Shown here in pieces: positions 42,368-53,530 of a stretch of DNA of 64,000 bases. Each line of letters opens with the position of its first letter. The stretch's first letter is position 1. The stretch is from the NCBI GenBank assembly GCA_963663475.2, contig CAXXJV010000001.1:512001-576000 (forward strand), written 5' to 3'. Origin of the DNA: Candidatus Cloacimonadales bacterium. GTDB taxonomy: Bacteria > Cloacimonadota > Cloacimonadia > Cloacimonadales > JAFGVF01. The notes beneath the pieces are model-generated. The model had not been told where the DNA came from, did not search any database, and saw only the letters and a program-made list of their open reading frames with translations. Position numbers and translations under genes: made by a program.

Positions 42368-43111
42368 GTTCATTCTTTCAGCTAAAGTTATTGAGATATA
42401 GGATGCTACATCAGTAGAGTAAGAACCTGTACCAAAACCTGCGTCATAACCTAGCTCTACAGCAAGTTCATGATTAATTCTAGGTCCGCCACAAACAAAA
42501 AGCATTTTATCTCTTAATCCCTCTGCTTCTGCCATCTCCATAAGTTTAGTCAGATTCTTAATATGAATATCCTTTTGAGTAACAATTTGTGAGACTAAGA
42601 TTGCATCAGCATTTTCTTCACGAGCCTTCTTCAATAGCTCCTCACAAGGAACCTGAGCTCCCATATTTATCGCATTAATATTTCTATATCTTTCTAAGCC
42701 ATAACGATGATTATAGCCCTTCATATTCATTATTGCATCAATTCCAACAGTATGAGCATCACTCTCAATACAAGCACCAATAATAGTTATACTTCTACCA
42801 ATATGTTCATCAATATAGTCTTCATTTTCATACATGTCCATTACATTAGTTTCTACTACTTTAACATTAATCTTTGTCAAATCTACTGAAGCATTTGAAG
42901 TTCCATAAGCTATAAAGTGAGTAAAGCCTTCATGTAAATCATTCATGTAACAAACATCAATATCATCTACTCCCATCTTAACAAGAATTTGTCTAGCAGC
43001 TTCTTTTCCTTGTTCATTACAAGGCACAGGAAGTGAAAATGAGAATTGCATTCTACCATCATTTAAAGTATCACCATAAGGGCGAATTTGGGTTTTATCT
43101 ATAGTACTCAT
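42362..43111 (-). CDS. kamE: Lysine 5,6-aminomutase beta subunit (B12-binding)
   Basis: RPYGDTLNDGRMQFSFSLPVP; DAHTVGIDAIMNMKG (DxHxxG and PLP lysine). Confidence 0.93.
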   Translation of the reverse strand: MSTIDKTQIRPYGDTLNDGRMQFSFSLPVPCNEQGKEAARQILVKMGVDDIDVCYMNDLHEGFTHFIAYGTSNASVDLTKINVKVVETNVMDMYENEDYIDEHIGRSITIIGACIESDAHTVGIDAIMNMKGYNHRYGLERYRNINAINMGAQVPCEELLKKAREENADAILVSQIVTQKDIHIKNLTKLMEMAEAEGLRDKMLFVCGGPRINHELAVELGYDAGFGTGSYSTDVASYISITLAERMNK

Positions 43112-43119
43112 TTTTCCTC

Positions 43120-44682
43120 CTACTTATTTAATCCAAGTTCTTCTTTCATCTTCTCCATAAATGGATTAAGATAGTTGTCATCTCTTTGGAAAACTCCTTC
43201 AAGTCCCTTTCCTCTTTCTTCAGGACGTTTAATATCAGCGAATTCTCCATCTCTCATGGCATTGAAAAGTCCTTGTTCAGCGACTCTTTGTAAGAAGTCT
43301 CTTGCTTGTTCTAAAACACTATTAGCCCTCTGATTAATAAATCCATCAGGATCAAGTGTAATTTCTTTAGCAAAGTCTTTTGTTGCTGAGAAAAGATAGT
43401 TAGCATTTTCAATCGCCATTGCTCTATCAGCTAAATGAGGAGTATGAATAGCCTCTGTTAACATACCAAGAAGTTGCACACCTTGATTTGTCACTTGGCC
43501 GATAAAGTTAAACATAGCATCCATAAGATGTGTTTTAAAGATATTACCTGAAGCAAACTTTGTTGGAGGCATATACTTTGTTGGAGCAGTAGGGAAAAGT
43601 GTGCTTGTAAGTAAAGCATGTGATAACTCATAAGAGAAAGAGTTCTCAACAGTTGGGTCAATTTCATGGGCATGGCCTAAACCCATCTTCTCAGGTTTTA
43701 GTCCAGAAATATAAGCAAACTGTTCATTAATAAGCTGAGAAGCAGTAACTGTGTAAGCCTTTTCAATAGCATCTGATGTGGTCAAATAGTTATCTTCTCC
43801 TGTTTGAATTTCTATTCCTGCATAAGCATTTATCATTCTAGAAAAATATTGGTCAAGGATAGTTCTTTTAGGATTGATATCACGGAAAAGAATACCATAC
43901 ATAGCATCATTAAGCATAACATCTAATCTTTCAATAGCACCCATAGCTGCTATTTCTGGCATACATAAACCTGAAGCATAGTTGGTTAAGGAAATATATC
44001 TTTTAAGTTCATCACCTACTTCATCCAGCGCCTTACGCATAATTTTAAAATTCTCTTGAGTAGCAAAGGTTCCACCAAATCCAACTGTTGTTGCACCATA
44101 AGGAACATAATCTAATAAAGACTGAGCTGTAGATCTAATAACTGCTATAATATCTGCACCTTGACGTGCCGCAGCTTTAGCCTGAGTAACATCCTCATAG
44201 ATATTACCTGTTGCTACAATAACATAAAGGGCTGGTCTTCTGCGTGGACCGAACTCTTTAAATTTACCTTCTCTTAAGTCTCTTTGTGACTTAATATGGG
44301 CTAGAGATTTAGTAACAATCTCATCTAATTTGGTTAAGATTAGCTTATCATCTGCTTTTTCAACTTGTGATAAATCCAAATCACCCTTGACAACTGCATC
44401 TCCAACCTCTTGCACAGTCATACCCTTTGCAAGCATTGCATTTACTACCCAGTAAGCTACACCTCGATTCAAAATATTCTTGTCTTTAAGGTGATCTACT
44501 ACAATATTAGGAATAGGTTCTCCACCTTCTATTGCACCATCCATACCCATTAATCTAAGAATTGTTCTTTCAATAGCTACTGAACTATATCCGTTGAAAA
44601 GCCACTCAAATGATTCAGCAATCTGCTTTGCATAACCACGAGCTTGAGCTATTTTCTCAGGAGCGATATTTAATTTAAGCAC
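43120..44682 (-). CDS. kamD: Lysine 5,6-aminomutase alpha subunit
   Basis: YVIVATGNIYED, QSLLDYVPYGAT, NYASGLCMPE, KYMPPTK; GTG start after GGAGG. Confidence 0.93.
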   Translation of the reverse strand: MLKLNIAPEKIAQARGYAKQIAESFEWLFNGYSSVAIERTILRLMGMDGAIEGGEPIPNIVVDHLKDKNILNRGVAYWVVNAMLAKGMTVQEVGDAVVKGDLDLSQVEKADDKLILTKLDEIVTKSLAHIKSQRDLREGKFKEFGPRRRPALYVIVATGNIYEDVTQAKAAARQGADIIAVIRSTAQSLLDYVPYGATTVGFGGTFATQENFKIMRKALDEVGDELKRYISLTNYASGLCMPEIAAMGAIERLDVMLNDAMYGILFRDINPKRTILDQYFSRMINAYAGIEIQTGEDNYLTTSDAIEKAYTVTASQLINEQFAYISGLKPEKMGLGHAHEIDPTVENSFSYELSHALLTSTLFPTAPTKYMPPTKFASGNIFKTHLMDAMFNFIGQVTNQGVQLLGMLTEAIHTPHLADRAMAIENANYLFSATKDFAKEITLDPDGFINQRANSVLEQARDFLQRVAEQGLFNAMRDGEFADIKRPEERGKGLEGVFQRDDNYLNPFMEKMKEELGLNK

Positions 44683-45070
44683 CAGTCCTCCAATATTTTA
44701 TTATTTTTTGTAAATTTATAGGAATCGCCATTATAGTCAAGTAAAATGTTTGAAAGCTATTGCTTTACCCCTGAGTTTTCTAATATTTAGGTTAAAGCCA
44801 GCTAGTAGGGGAGAATTTTAAGGAATAACTACCATTTCTTCTAGTGTCAAAAATCTTCTATACTTTGGGTTAAAATCTTCAGTAATTACTAGTTTTTTCT
44901 ATTCTTCAGATAATATTCATAATAAAAAAAAGCAGGAAAGAAGTCATTTCCAATAGCCTAAATAGTCATTTCACTCTTAAACAAGTGCATTCTAACCAGA
45001 TATTATTGACATACATCTGCCCATCCTGCTTATTATAACATTAAATAAAAATATATAAAAAGAGGTAAAA

Positions 45071-47773
45071 ATGAAAAAAAACATGCTAATCCTTATGTCC
45101 TTACTATTTACCCTAGGACTATTTGCCCAAACAATTACTAATCCCCAAGGAAGTGGTACAGAAAATGATCCTTATCAGATTAGTTCTTATGAGAATTTAA
45201 ACTGGTTAACTTCTCGAGCAGAAGATTCAGAAATACCATTCTTAGACAGATTATCAGCTCATTATGTTCAAACTGAAAATATTGAATTTCCAGCAGAGAT
45301 AACAGAGTGGGATAACAATCAAGGTTTCTTACCTATTGGTTATGGTACCTTATCTGATTCTTTCCCTTTTTCAGGTTATTATGATGGTCAAGGCCACACT
45401 ATCTCTAATCTCTATATGAATAGACCTTCCGAAGATGGAGTATCATTTTTTGGTCTTTTAATTACAGGTACTGTTAAGAATCTTGGACTTGTTGATGTAG
45501 AAATTACAGGTGCATGGGGTGTTGCAGGTATTGTTAGTGAAATGGATACTAACTCCCTTATTGAAAACAGTTTTGTTACTGGTGATATAACTGGTGAAGC
45601 CTTTGTCGGTGGTATAACTGGTTATAACTTTGAATCAGAAATTAACAACTGTTATTTCATTGGTTCAGTTGATGCTCTTGAAGGCCTAGCAGGTATTGCA
45701 GGTTTCAATGATACTGCCTATATTTCCAATTGCTATGCAGTAGCTAGTGTTACAGATACTGATTATGCAGGTGTAATTACTGGTTTATCTGATGGTGGTG
45801 GAGTTAGTAATAGTTTCTGGGACACAGACATTGCTAATGGCATCTTAGGTATTGGTGAAATATCTGAAAGTGAAATTGTTAATACTGTAGGTAAAACTAC
45901 TGAAGAAATGAAAAGTCAAGCTACTTTCTCAGACGCAGGTTGGGATTTTACTGAAGTGTGGCAGATTAATGAAAATATTAATGATTCATACCCTTCTTTT
46001 ATCTGGCAAGAATCTAGCAATATTACAGACCCAACTTTACCTCCAATGAACCTTACAGCTGATGTTAATGCTTCTAATGTAGTTTTAAACTGGGAAGAAC
46101 CACTTGATTTAACTGAAGGTGCTTGGATTACTAAAGGTGCTGAAGAAAACAACGATGGTATCGGTGTTAATGGACCAGCAGAATTTGGTGTTGCTCATAA
46201 ATACACTCAAGAAGAATTACTTGTTTATCAAGGCTTAAACATCTCTTCAATCAAATTCTTCCCTCGTGAAGCTACTGCAACTTATACAGTATCAGTATGG
46301 GGTGGAGAAAGTGGTCAAGACCTTCTTTATAGTCAAGAAGCCTCTGATTTTGTTAATGAAGCTTGGAATGAACACCAATTAACTACACCTGTAGCTATTC
46401 CTACTTCAGGTCCACTCTATATTGGTTACATGGTTGATACCCAGGTAGGCTTCCCTGCTGGTTGTGATGCTGGACCTGCTCTTGAAGGTGGAGACCAAAT
46501 TCACTTCGTAGGTGAAGCATGGGATGCTCTTTCAGCTGTAGCTACCCCTAATATTAACTGGAATATTCAAGCTTTTGTTTCACCTGAAGGTGGAGACAGA
46601 GCTACTACTTATCCTCTTGTAAAAGCAAATAAAGCTGTTAAAAATAACAATAGTACAGCTAATTTCTTAGCAGGAAACCTAAATCCTGTAGTTACAAGTA
46701 GAGTAAGACTTGATAGAGATGTTACTGGATACAAAATCTATCGTAATAATACAGAGATTGCTGAAGTGGGATCAGATATCTTAACTTACACTGATTCTAA
46801 TCTTGATAATGCTACTTATACATATCACGTAACAGCTATGTATGGTGATTCAGAATCAGCAAGTTCAAACTCTGTTGTAGTAACTGTTAATGTATTAAAT
46901 CCTGATGAAATAATTATTTCAGATTCTTTTGAAGATTATACTGACTTCTCTATCCAGTTTGGTGATTGGACACTTGTTGATGGCGATTTAGCTTCAACTT
47001 ATGGCTTTAGTGGAACTAGCTTCCCTAATGCTGAATCTATGTTTGCTTATATCGTATTTAATCCAGCATTAACAACTCCTCCACTAGAAGACCAAGGTTA
47101 CCAAGCTCCTGATGGAGATAAATATCTTGCTTCTTTCGCAGCTACAACACCGCCAAATAATGACTGGTTAATTTCACCAATCTTCACTCTTGGTTCAGAA
47201 GGTCAGTTATCATTTACAGCTAAATCTATTACTAGCCAATATGGTTTCGAGAAATTCAATGTCTTAGTATCAATGGGTTCAACAAATCCTAATGATTTCA
47301 CTGTAATTTCAGGTAGCAATCCTGTTGAAGCACCTATCACATGGACAGATTATGTTTATAGCTTAGACGATTATGCTAATCAAAGTATTAGACTAGCAAT
47401 TCAGTGTGTTTCAAACGATGCATTTGTATTTATGCTTGATAATGTAGAAATAGTTTCTGCAGGTGGAACTGATAATAATAATAATTCAGTTCCTCTTCTT
47501 TCAACTTCTTTAAGTAACTATCCAAATCCATTTAATCCACAAACTACTATCAATTACTCTATCCAAAAAGCTGGTAAAGTAAGCTTAGACGTTTATAATC
47601 TTGCAGGACAAAAGGTAAAAACTCTTGTTAATGACAAGAAAACTGCTGGTTCTCATAATGTAGTATGGAATGGTAAAGATGATGCAGGTAATAATGTATC
47701 ATCAGGCGTCTATTTCTACAGAATTACTAATGGTAATGAAAGTAAAACTAACAAAATGATCTTGATGAAATAG
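45071..47773 (+). CDS. Secreted multidomain surface protein: GLUG-like region, FN3-like, cleaved-adhesin-like domain, FlgD/T9SS-type CTD
   Basis: Signal peptide; [28 protein letters not shown]...[27 protein letters not shown]...WNGKD...SSGVYFY...KMILMK. Confidence 0.85.
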   Translation: MKKNMLILMSLLFTLGLFAQTITNPQGSGTENDPYQISSYENLNWLTSRAEDSEIPFLDRLSAHYVQTENIEFPAEITEWDNNQGFLPIGYGTLSDSFPFSGYYDGQGHTISNLYMNRPSEDGVSFFGLLITGTVKNLGLVDVEITGAWGVAGIVSEMDTNSLIENSFVTGDITGEAFVGGITGYNFESEINNCYFIGSVDALEGLAGIAGFNDTAYISNCYAVASVTDTDYAGVITGLSDGGGVSNSFWDTDIANGILGIGEISESEIVNTVGKTTEEMKSQATFSDAGWDFTEVWQINENINDSYPSFIWQESSNITDPTLPPMNLTADVNASNVVLNWEEPLDLTEGAWITKGAEENNDGIGVNGPAEFGVAHKYTQEELLVYQGLNISSIKFFPREATATYTVSVWGGESGQDLLYSQEASDFVNEAWNEHQLTTPVAIPTSGPLYIGYMVDTQVGFPAGCDAGPALEGGDQIHFVGEAWDALSAVATPNINWNIQAFVSPEGGDRATTYPLVKANKAVKNNNSTANFLAGNLNPVVTSRVRLDRDVTGYKIYRNNTEIAEVGSDILTYTDSNLDNATYTYHVTAMYGDSESASSNSVVVTVNVLNPDEIIISDSFEDYTDFSIQFGDWTLVDGDLASTYGFSGTSFPNAESMFAYIVFNPALTTPPLEDQGYQAPDGDKYLASFAATTPPNNDWLISPIFTLGSEGQLSFTAKSITSQYGFEKFNVLVSMGSTNPNDFTVISGSNPVEAPITWTDYVYSLDDYANQSIRLAIQCVSNDAFVFMLDNVEIVSAGGTDNNNNSVPLLSTSLSNYPNPFNPQTTINYSIQKAGKVSLDVYNLAGQKVKTLVNDKKTAGSHNVVWNGKDDAGNNVSSGVYFYRITNGNESKTNKMILMK

Positions 47774-47859
47774 TATCTTGCTTGGTAAGAATGAAAAATG
47801 AAAAGATAAAAATGAAGAAATATCGTATTGCGTAACAATGATACTTCAATATACTTATG

Positions 47860-47885
47860 AAGCCTCGCTCATGCGGGGCTTTTTG
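47860..47885 (+). terminator. Intrinsic terminator
   Basis: aagcctcgc-tcat-gcggggctt followed by T-run. Confidence 0.8.
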
Positions 47886-47988
47886 TTTGTAATCCTCTTG
47901 TAACGTGCTTGCCTCTTCTTTTACAATCTTTACATTAAATCCAGATAATGTAGTAGAGCTTTGTGAAATCCCTACACCTATTTCATAA

Positions 47989-48465
47989 GGCTCTTGTTCA
48001 AGTCTGGTGGTAAATAAGAGACTTTCATTATAGCATATTGCTTGAATAATAGAAAGTTACAAGTAAGAATATACTGTTAAGAGTATGTTTTGTTTGATGA
48101 TAAGTACTAAATCCTGAAGGGATAAGTCTTAAATCCTCAAAGGGGATAAATAGTTTAGCCTAGGGTAAATTCCTGAAGGGAATGCAACCCTGGGTACTGG
48201 TGATGAAAAACAAAGCCTAACCCTGAAAGGGTTAAATAACATCATATATACCATAGACTTATACAATAATATATTATTTATCATTTTATTAAACCCTTAC
48301 AGGGTAACATCTTTGGGCTAGCCATCATTACCCAGGGTTGCGATACTTTCAGCATCTTACCCTGGGCTAAATTATTTTATCCCTTTCAGGGATTTTGATG
48401 AATTAATATAGTAATGAAATATTCTCATTTTCCTATATTATTCCCACCAGACTTGAACTTGAGCC
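47989..48465. mobile_element. Complete MITE-A: 477 bp, 22-bp imperfect TIRs, 8-bp target-site duplication
   Basis: Left ggctcttgttcaagtctggtgg, right ccaccagacttgaacttgagcc; tttcataa at 47981-47988 and 48466-48473; no ORF inside. Confidence 0.88.
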
Positions 48466-48530
48466 TTTCATAAAACACTAACTATTAATCAAATTTCATG
48501 ACATTGCTATACGTTTTAGTTTGATAGTTA

Positions 48531-50969
48531 TTATTTTATTATTATCATTTTTCCAACTGCTACGAAGTTATCTGTTTCAGCTTTGATTAAATAAAGTCCA
48601 CTTGCAACAGGTCTGTTATTACTATTTTTCATATTCCAAATTGTTGAGTATAGTTGCTTACCATTATTATTTTTTCTTAACCCTCCATGTTTTTGCATAT
48701 CCTGATAACTATTATTCACCCTCCAACTTCTAACCTTTTGTCCTTTGATATTATATATAGAAACAAGTGGTTTATTCGTCTGCTTGGGTATTACAAATTC
48801 GATACTACAGCTACTTCTAGAGGCTTTTCCACTTAAGTTTACGGGATTAGGATAAACACTGATATTAGACATTTTAACAGCTTCACCTTCTTCCTCATAA
48901 TTAGCGACTGCAGGTGCACCAAATTCAAAAGCCCCCATATCTACAGCACTACCCCAAACTCGCTGATTACCTGCTAAATCTGTTTCTAGTAAGAAGCTCG
49001 TATCAAAGTGACCAGCATCAATACAAGGTGACTGTTCTGCTAGTTCATAGTACTCAACATCAGAAACATCAAGGGAATCATTAAACTCACCTGCAAATAA
49101 AGGTACTTGGCCAATTAAGTTATCTTCCCATTGCACTAATTCAGGGATATATGTTGCAAAAAGATTGAAACTATCATTATTAATTAAACTATTATAAACA
49201 AAAGCTTCTTGCTCCTCATGATTAGGGTCATAATAAGGTAGGTCGTTATTAATTCCAAAATCCCCCCATGACTCAGGATTATAGAATATTGAATTAAAGA
49301 CTTCAACTCCTCCATAGATGGTTACAAAACTTTTATTAACACTATTATTGGCAAATGTTGAGTTGTATATTCTTGGAAGATGATGTATATTAAACAACTT
49401 AAATGGCCAATTTATAGTCCGAATCTCAAATTCATTATTAAAAACTAGCATATTATGTATCTCTATCTCATTATCTAGACCATAGTCATTTCTGTTATTG
49501 TCATATTGAAAGATTGAACCCTCTTCTGCTTGTATATTCGATATAATGCAATTTCTAAGCTCTACATCTGCTTCATCTATATCATATCCAAAAAATTTAT
49601 CAAGGCCTGTAAAAGAAGAGTTAGTATAAATAATATTGTTGCACATTATATTGTCACTATACTTTATGGCAATAGCCATTGCACTATCCCAATCTAAGCT
49701 ACTTGTAACATTATGTACTAGTATATTTTCGATGTTGATATTTTCTGATAAAAAAACATAAATTCCAGAACCAACATCTACCAGACAATTATCAAATTCT
49801 AAGTCCTTAATAGTAATATTTTGACAGGCTGCTAATTGTATTGAAGCATTTATAGACCAATATACTGATCGTAAATCCCTAAATGTTACATCACTAATTT
49901 CAGCATTGTTTTGATAGGCACAATGTATAAAAGCTGTTGTCTCTTCACCATCTAATATCGTTTCTCCAATACCATAACCTTGCACAATTATATTTGATTT
50001 TATCCCTACTGGTGTAATTTGACCATCTGATTGTTTATAAGTACCTGGCATTAAATGAAGTGTATTTCTATCATTTTCATTAGCTTTAATTAGCTGCAAG
50101 CCTCTAGTAATTGTCTTCAAAGGTTCTGTTTCAGATAATCCACTATTAGTATCATTACCATCAGGGCTAACAAACAGATCTTCATCAATCTCTTCAAAAT
50201 AACCACTCTCAATGTTTACTGAGACATAGTCTTCATAATAATCTCTATATCTTCCCCCAGCCATAATAAAATAATCATCATATTCATCTAATGCGATACT
50301 TCCCTTTATTAGATTTATGTTATACTCTATAAGATTATCTTCTGAACCATCAAAACCAATATCCATACCATAAGATGCAACATTATTATATATAGATGTG
50401 TTTATCAATTCTAGTTCACAGCCAGAGATTATGTAAATACCCCCACCTGAACCTAGGGCAATATTATCATGAATTGATACATTTTCAAGAGTTAAACTTG
50501 ATGTTTCTATACTAATTATACCACCTCCATTACTTGTTGTACAATCTCTAACAATTGAATTCTTAAGAACTAAATTACCTTCATTCTGTATACCACTAGC
50601 TCCCCAAATACCGTTATAGAAGTTGTGCTCATCATTATTTGTTATAGTAAATCCATCAATGATAACATTTTCTTGGTCTGATATATAGATTGTTCTATCT
50701 AGATTACCATCTATCACAGTATTTTCAATATGTTCAGGATTGTTATCTAAGATGAAAGTACTTAAGAGTGTGATATCTTTACCTGAAAAATTTAGATTCT
50801 CGTTATAATGACCAGGGTGAACTAATATTGTGTCTCCAGATATGCAATATTCGAGTGCATAAGATATTGTTGGCCAATTTTGAGTACCGTCTAGAGCTAC
50901 CCCATGTACTGTTGCTTTCAAAATCACAGTTGTAAGAAATAACAAAAATATTAACCAAGTTCTTTTCAT
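48531..50969 (-). CDS. Secreted pectin-lyase-like beta-helix/DUF1565-type protein with CTD, copy 1
   Basis: Signal peptide; GDTILVHPGHYNE; FVSPDGNDTNSGLS..PLKTI; SPCIDAG...DLAGNQR...DMGAFE; YPNP...ASGLY...KMIIIK. Confidence 0.85.
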   Translation of the reverse strand: MKRTWLIFLLFLTTVILKATVHGVALDGTQNWPTISYALEYCISGDTILVHPGHYNENLNFSGKDITLLSTFILDNNPEHIENTVIDGNLDRTIYISDQENVIIDGFTITNNDEHNFYNGIWGASGIQNEGNLVLKNSIVRDCTTSNGGGIISIETSSLTLENVSIHDNIALGSGGGIYIISGCELELINTSIYNNVASYGMDIGFDGSEDNLIEYNINLIKGSIALDEYDDYFIMAGGRYRDYYEDYVSVNIESGYFEEIDEDLFVSPDGNDTNSGLSETEPLKTITRGLQLIKANENDRNTLHLMPGTYKQSDGQITPVGIKSNIIVQGYGIGETILDGEETTAFIHCAYQNNAEISDVTFRDLRSVYWSINASIQLAACQNITIKDLEFDNCLVDVGSGIYVFLSENINIENILVHNVTSSLDWDSAMAIAIKYSDNIMCNNIIYTNSSFTGLDKFFGYDIDEADVELRNCIISNIQAEEGSIFQYDNNRNDYGLDNEIEIHNMLVFNNEFEIRTINWPFKLFNIHHLPRIYNSTFANNSVNKSFVTIYGGVEVFNSIFYNPESWGDFGINNDLPYYDPNHEEQEAFVYNSLINNDSFNLFATYIPELVQWEDNLIGQVPLFAGEFNDSLDVSDVEYYELAEQSPCIDAGHFDTSFLLETDLAGNQRVWGSAVDMGAFEFGAPAVANYEEEGEAVKMSNISVYPNPVNLSGKASRSSCSIEFVIPKQTNKPLVSIYNIKGQKVRSWRVNNSYQDMQKHGGLRKNNNGKQLYSTIWNMKNSNNRPVASGLYLIKAETDNFVAVGKMIIIK

Positions 50970-50988
50970 TATGTATCCTTTTAGTTAA

Positions 50989-51013
50989 AGGGGTTTGCTT
51001 GATACAAACCCCT
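50989..51013. terminator. Intergenic hairpin, repeated at 53489-53513
   Basis: aggggtttg-cttgata-caaacccct. Confidence 0.6.
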
Positions 51014-51030
51014 ATTTTAGGTGAATATAT

Positions 51031-53469
51031 TTATTTTATTATTATCATTTTTCCAACTGCTACGAAGTTATCTGTTTCAGCTTTGATTAAATAAAGTCCA
51101 CTTGCAACAGGTCTGTTATTACTATTTTTCATATTCCAAATTGTTGAGTATAGTTGCTTACCATTATTATTTTTTCTTAACCCTCCATGTTTTTGCATAT
51201 CCTGATAACTATTATTCACCCTCCAACTTCTAACCTTTTGTCCTTTGATATTATATATAGAAACAAGTGGTTTATTCGTCTGCTTGGGTATTACAAATTC
51301 GATACTACAGCTACTTCTAGAGGCTTTTCCACTTAAGTTTACGGGATTAGGATAAACACTGATATTAGACATTTTAACAGCTTCACCTTCTTCCTCATAA
51401 TTAGCGACTGCAGGTGCACCAAATTCAAAAGCCCCCATATCTACAGCACTACCCCAAACTCGCTGATTACCTGCTAAATCTGTTTCTAGTAAGAAGCTCG
51501 TATCAAAGTGACCAGCATCAATACAAGGTGACTGTTCTGCTAGTTCATAGTACTCAACATCAGAAACATCAAGGGAATCATTAAACTCACCTGCAAATAA
51601 AGGTACTTGACCAATTAAGTTATCTTCCCATTGCACTAATTCAGGGATATAAGTTACTAATTGATTGAAATTATCATTATTAATTAAACTATTATAAACA
51701 AAAGCTTCTTGCTCCTCATGATTAGGGTCATAATAGGGTAGGTCATTAGCAATACCAAAATCCCCCCATGACTCAGGATTATAGAATATTGAATTAAAGA
51801 CTTCAACTCCTCCATAGATGGTAACAAACCTTTTATTCACACTATTATTGGCAAATGTTGAATTGTATATTCTTGGAAGATGATGTATATTAAACAACTT
51901 AAATGGCCAATTTATAGTCCGAATCTCAAATTCATTATTAAAAACTAGCATATTATGTATCTCTATCTCATTATCTAGACCATAGTTATTTCTCAGGTTG
52001 TCATATTGGAAGATCGAACCCTCTTCAGCTTGTATATTCGATATAATGCAATTTCTAAGCTCTACATCTGCTTCATCAATATCATACCCAAATAATTTAT
52101 CAAGGCCTGTAAAAGAAGAGTTAGTATAAATAATATTGTTGCACATTATGTTGTCGCTATATTTTATGGCAATAGACATTGCACTATCCCAATCTAAGCT
52201 ATTTGTAACATTATGTACTAGTATGCTTTCAATGTTGATATTCTCTGAACTAACAACATAAACTCCAGAACCAACATCTACCAGACAATTATCAAATTCT
52301 AAGTCCTTAATAGTAATATTTTGACAGGCTGCTAATTGTATTGAAGCATTTATGGACCAATATACTGATCGTAAATCCCTAAATGTTACATCACTAATTT
52401 CAACATTGTTTTGATAGGCACCATGTATAAAAGCTGTTACCTCTTCACCATCTAATATCGTTTCTCCAATACCATAACCTTGCACAATTATATTTGATTT
52501 TATCCCTACTGGTGTAATTTGACCATCTGATTGTTTATAAGTACCTGGCATTAAATGAAGTGTATTTCTATCATTTTCATTAGCTTTAATTAGCTGCAAG
52601 CCTCTAGTAATTGTCTTCAAAGGTTCTGTTTCAGATAATCCACTATTAGTATCATTACCATCAGGGCTAACAAACAGATCTTCATCAATCTCTTCAAAAT
52701 AACCACTCTCAATGTTTACTGAGACATAGTCTTCATAATAATTTCTATATCTTCCCCCAGCCATAATAAAATAGTCATCATATTCATCTAATGCGATACT
52801 TCCCATTATAAGATTTATGTTATACTCTATAAGATTTTCTTCTGAACCACTAAAACAAATGTCCATACCATAAGATGCAACATTATTATATATAGATGTG
52901 TTTATCAATTCTAATTCACAGCCAGAGATTATGTAAATACCCCCTCCTGGGCCTAAGGCAATATTATCATGAATTGATACATTTTCAAGAGTTAAACTTG
53001 ATGTTTCTATACTAATTATACCACCTCCATCACCATTTGTACAATCTCTAACAATTGAATTCTTAAGAACTAAATTACCTTCATTCTGTATACCACTAGC
53101 TCCCCAAATACCGTTATAGGAGTTGTGTTCATCATTATTTGTTATAGTAAATCCATCAATAATAACATTTTCTTGGTCTGATATATAGATTGTTCTATCT
53201 AGATTACCATCTATCACAGTATTTTCAATATGTTCAGGATTGTTATCTAAGATGAAAGTACTTAAGAGTGTGATATCTTTACCTGAAAAATTTAGATTCT
53301 CGTTATAATGACCAGGGTGAACTAATATTGTGTCTCCAGATATGCAATATTCGAGTGCATAAGATATTGTTGGCCAATTTTGAGTACCGTCTAGAGCTAC
53401 CCCATGTACTGTTGCTTTCAAAATCACAGTTGTAAGAAATAACAAAAATATTAACCAAGTTCTTTTCAT
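51031..53469 (-). CDS. Secreted beta-helix/DUF1565-type protein with CTD, copy 2
   Basis: Same length and architecture as copy 1; about 28 aa differences by hand count. Confidence 0.85.
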   Translation of the reverse strand: MKRTWLIFLLFLTTVILKATVHGVALDGTQNWPTISYALEYCISGDTILVHPGHYNENLNFSGKDITLLSTFILDNNPEHIENTVIDGNLDRTIYISDQENVIIDGFTITNNDEHNSYNGIWGASGIQNEGNLVLKNSIVRDCTNGDGGGIISIETSSLTLENVSIHDNIALGPGGGIYIISGCELELINTSIYNNVASYGMDICFSGSEENLIEYNINLIMGSIALDEYDDYFIMAGGRYRNYYEDYVSVNIESGYFEEIDEDLFVSPDGNDTNSGLSETEPLKTITRGLQLIKANENDRNTLHLMPGTYKQSDGQITPVGIKSNIIVQGYGIGETILDGEEVTAFIHGAYQNNVEISDVTFRDLRSVYWSINASIQLAACQNITIKDLEFDNCLVDVGSGVYVVSSENINIESILVHNVTNSLDWDSAMSIAIKYSDNIMCNNIIYTNSSFTGLDKLFGYDIDEADVELRNCIISNIQAEEGSIFQYDNLRNNYGLDNEIEIHNMLVFNNEFEIRTINWPFKLFNIHHLPRIYNSTFANNSVNKRFVTIYGGVEVFNSIFYNPESWGDFGIANDLPYYDPNHEEQEAFVYNSLINNDNFNQLVTYIPELVQWEDNLIGQVPLFAGEFNDSLDVSDVEYYELAEQSPCIDAGHFDTSFLLETDLAGNQRVWGSAVDMGAFEFGAPAVANYEEEGEAVKMSNISVYPNPVNLSGKASRSSCSIEFVIPKQTNKPLVSIYNIKGQKVRSWRVNNSYQDMQKHGGLRKNNNGKQLYSTIWNMKNSNNRPVASGLYLIKAETDNFVAVGKMIIIK

Positions 53470-53530
53470 TATGTATCCTTTTAGTTAAAGGGGTTTGCTT
53501 GATACAAACCCCTATTTTAGGTGAATATAT

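Larger units (their letters stand above)
48531..53530. repeat. Head-to-tail duplication with 2,500-bp period (gene plus 61-bp spacer)
   Basis: 48531-51030 vs 51031-53530 are colinear with no indels seen; spacers 50970-51030 and 53470-53530 are identical. Confidence 0.97.

Noticed and set aside
44683-45070. Lysine or cobalamin riboswitch upstream of kamD
   Set aside because: AT-rich region with no conserved riboswitch motifs recognisable by eye; an Rfam scan would be decisive
48531-53530. Diversity-generating retroelement (TR/VR pair)
   Set aside because: Differences involve all four bases, include many synonymous changes and span 1.5 kb; no reverse transcriptase is in the window
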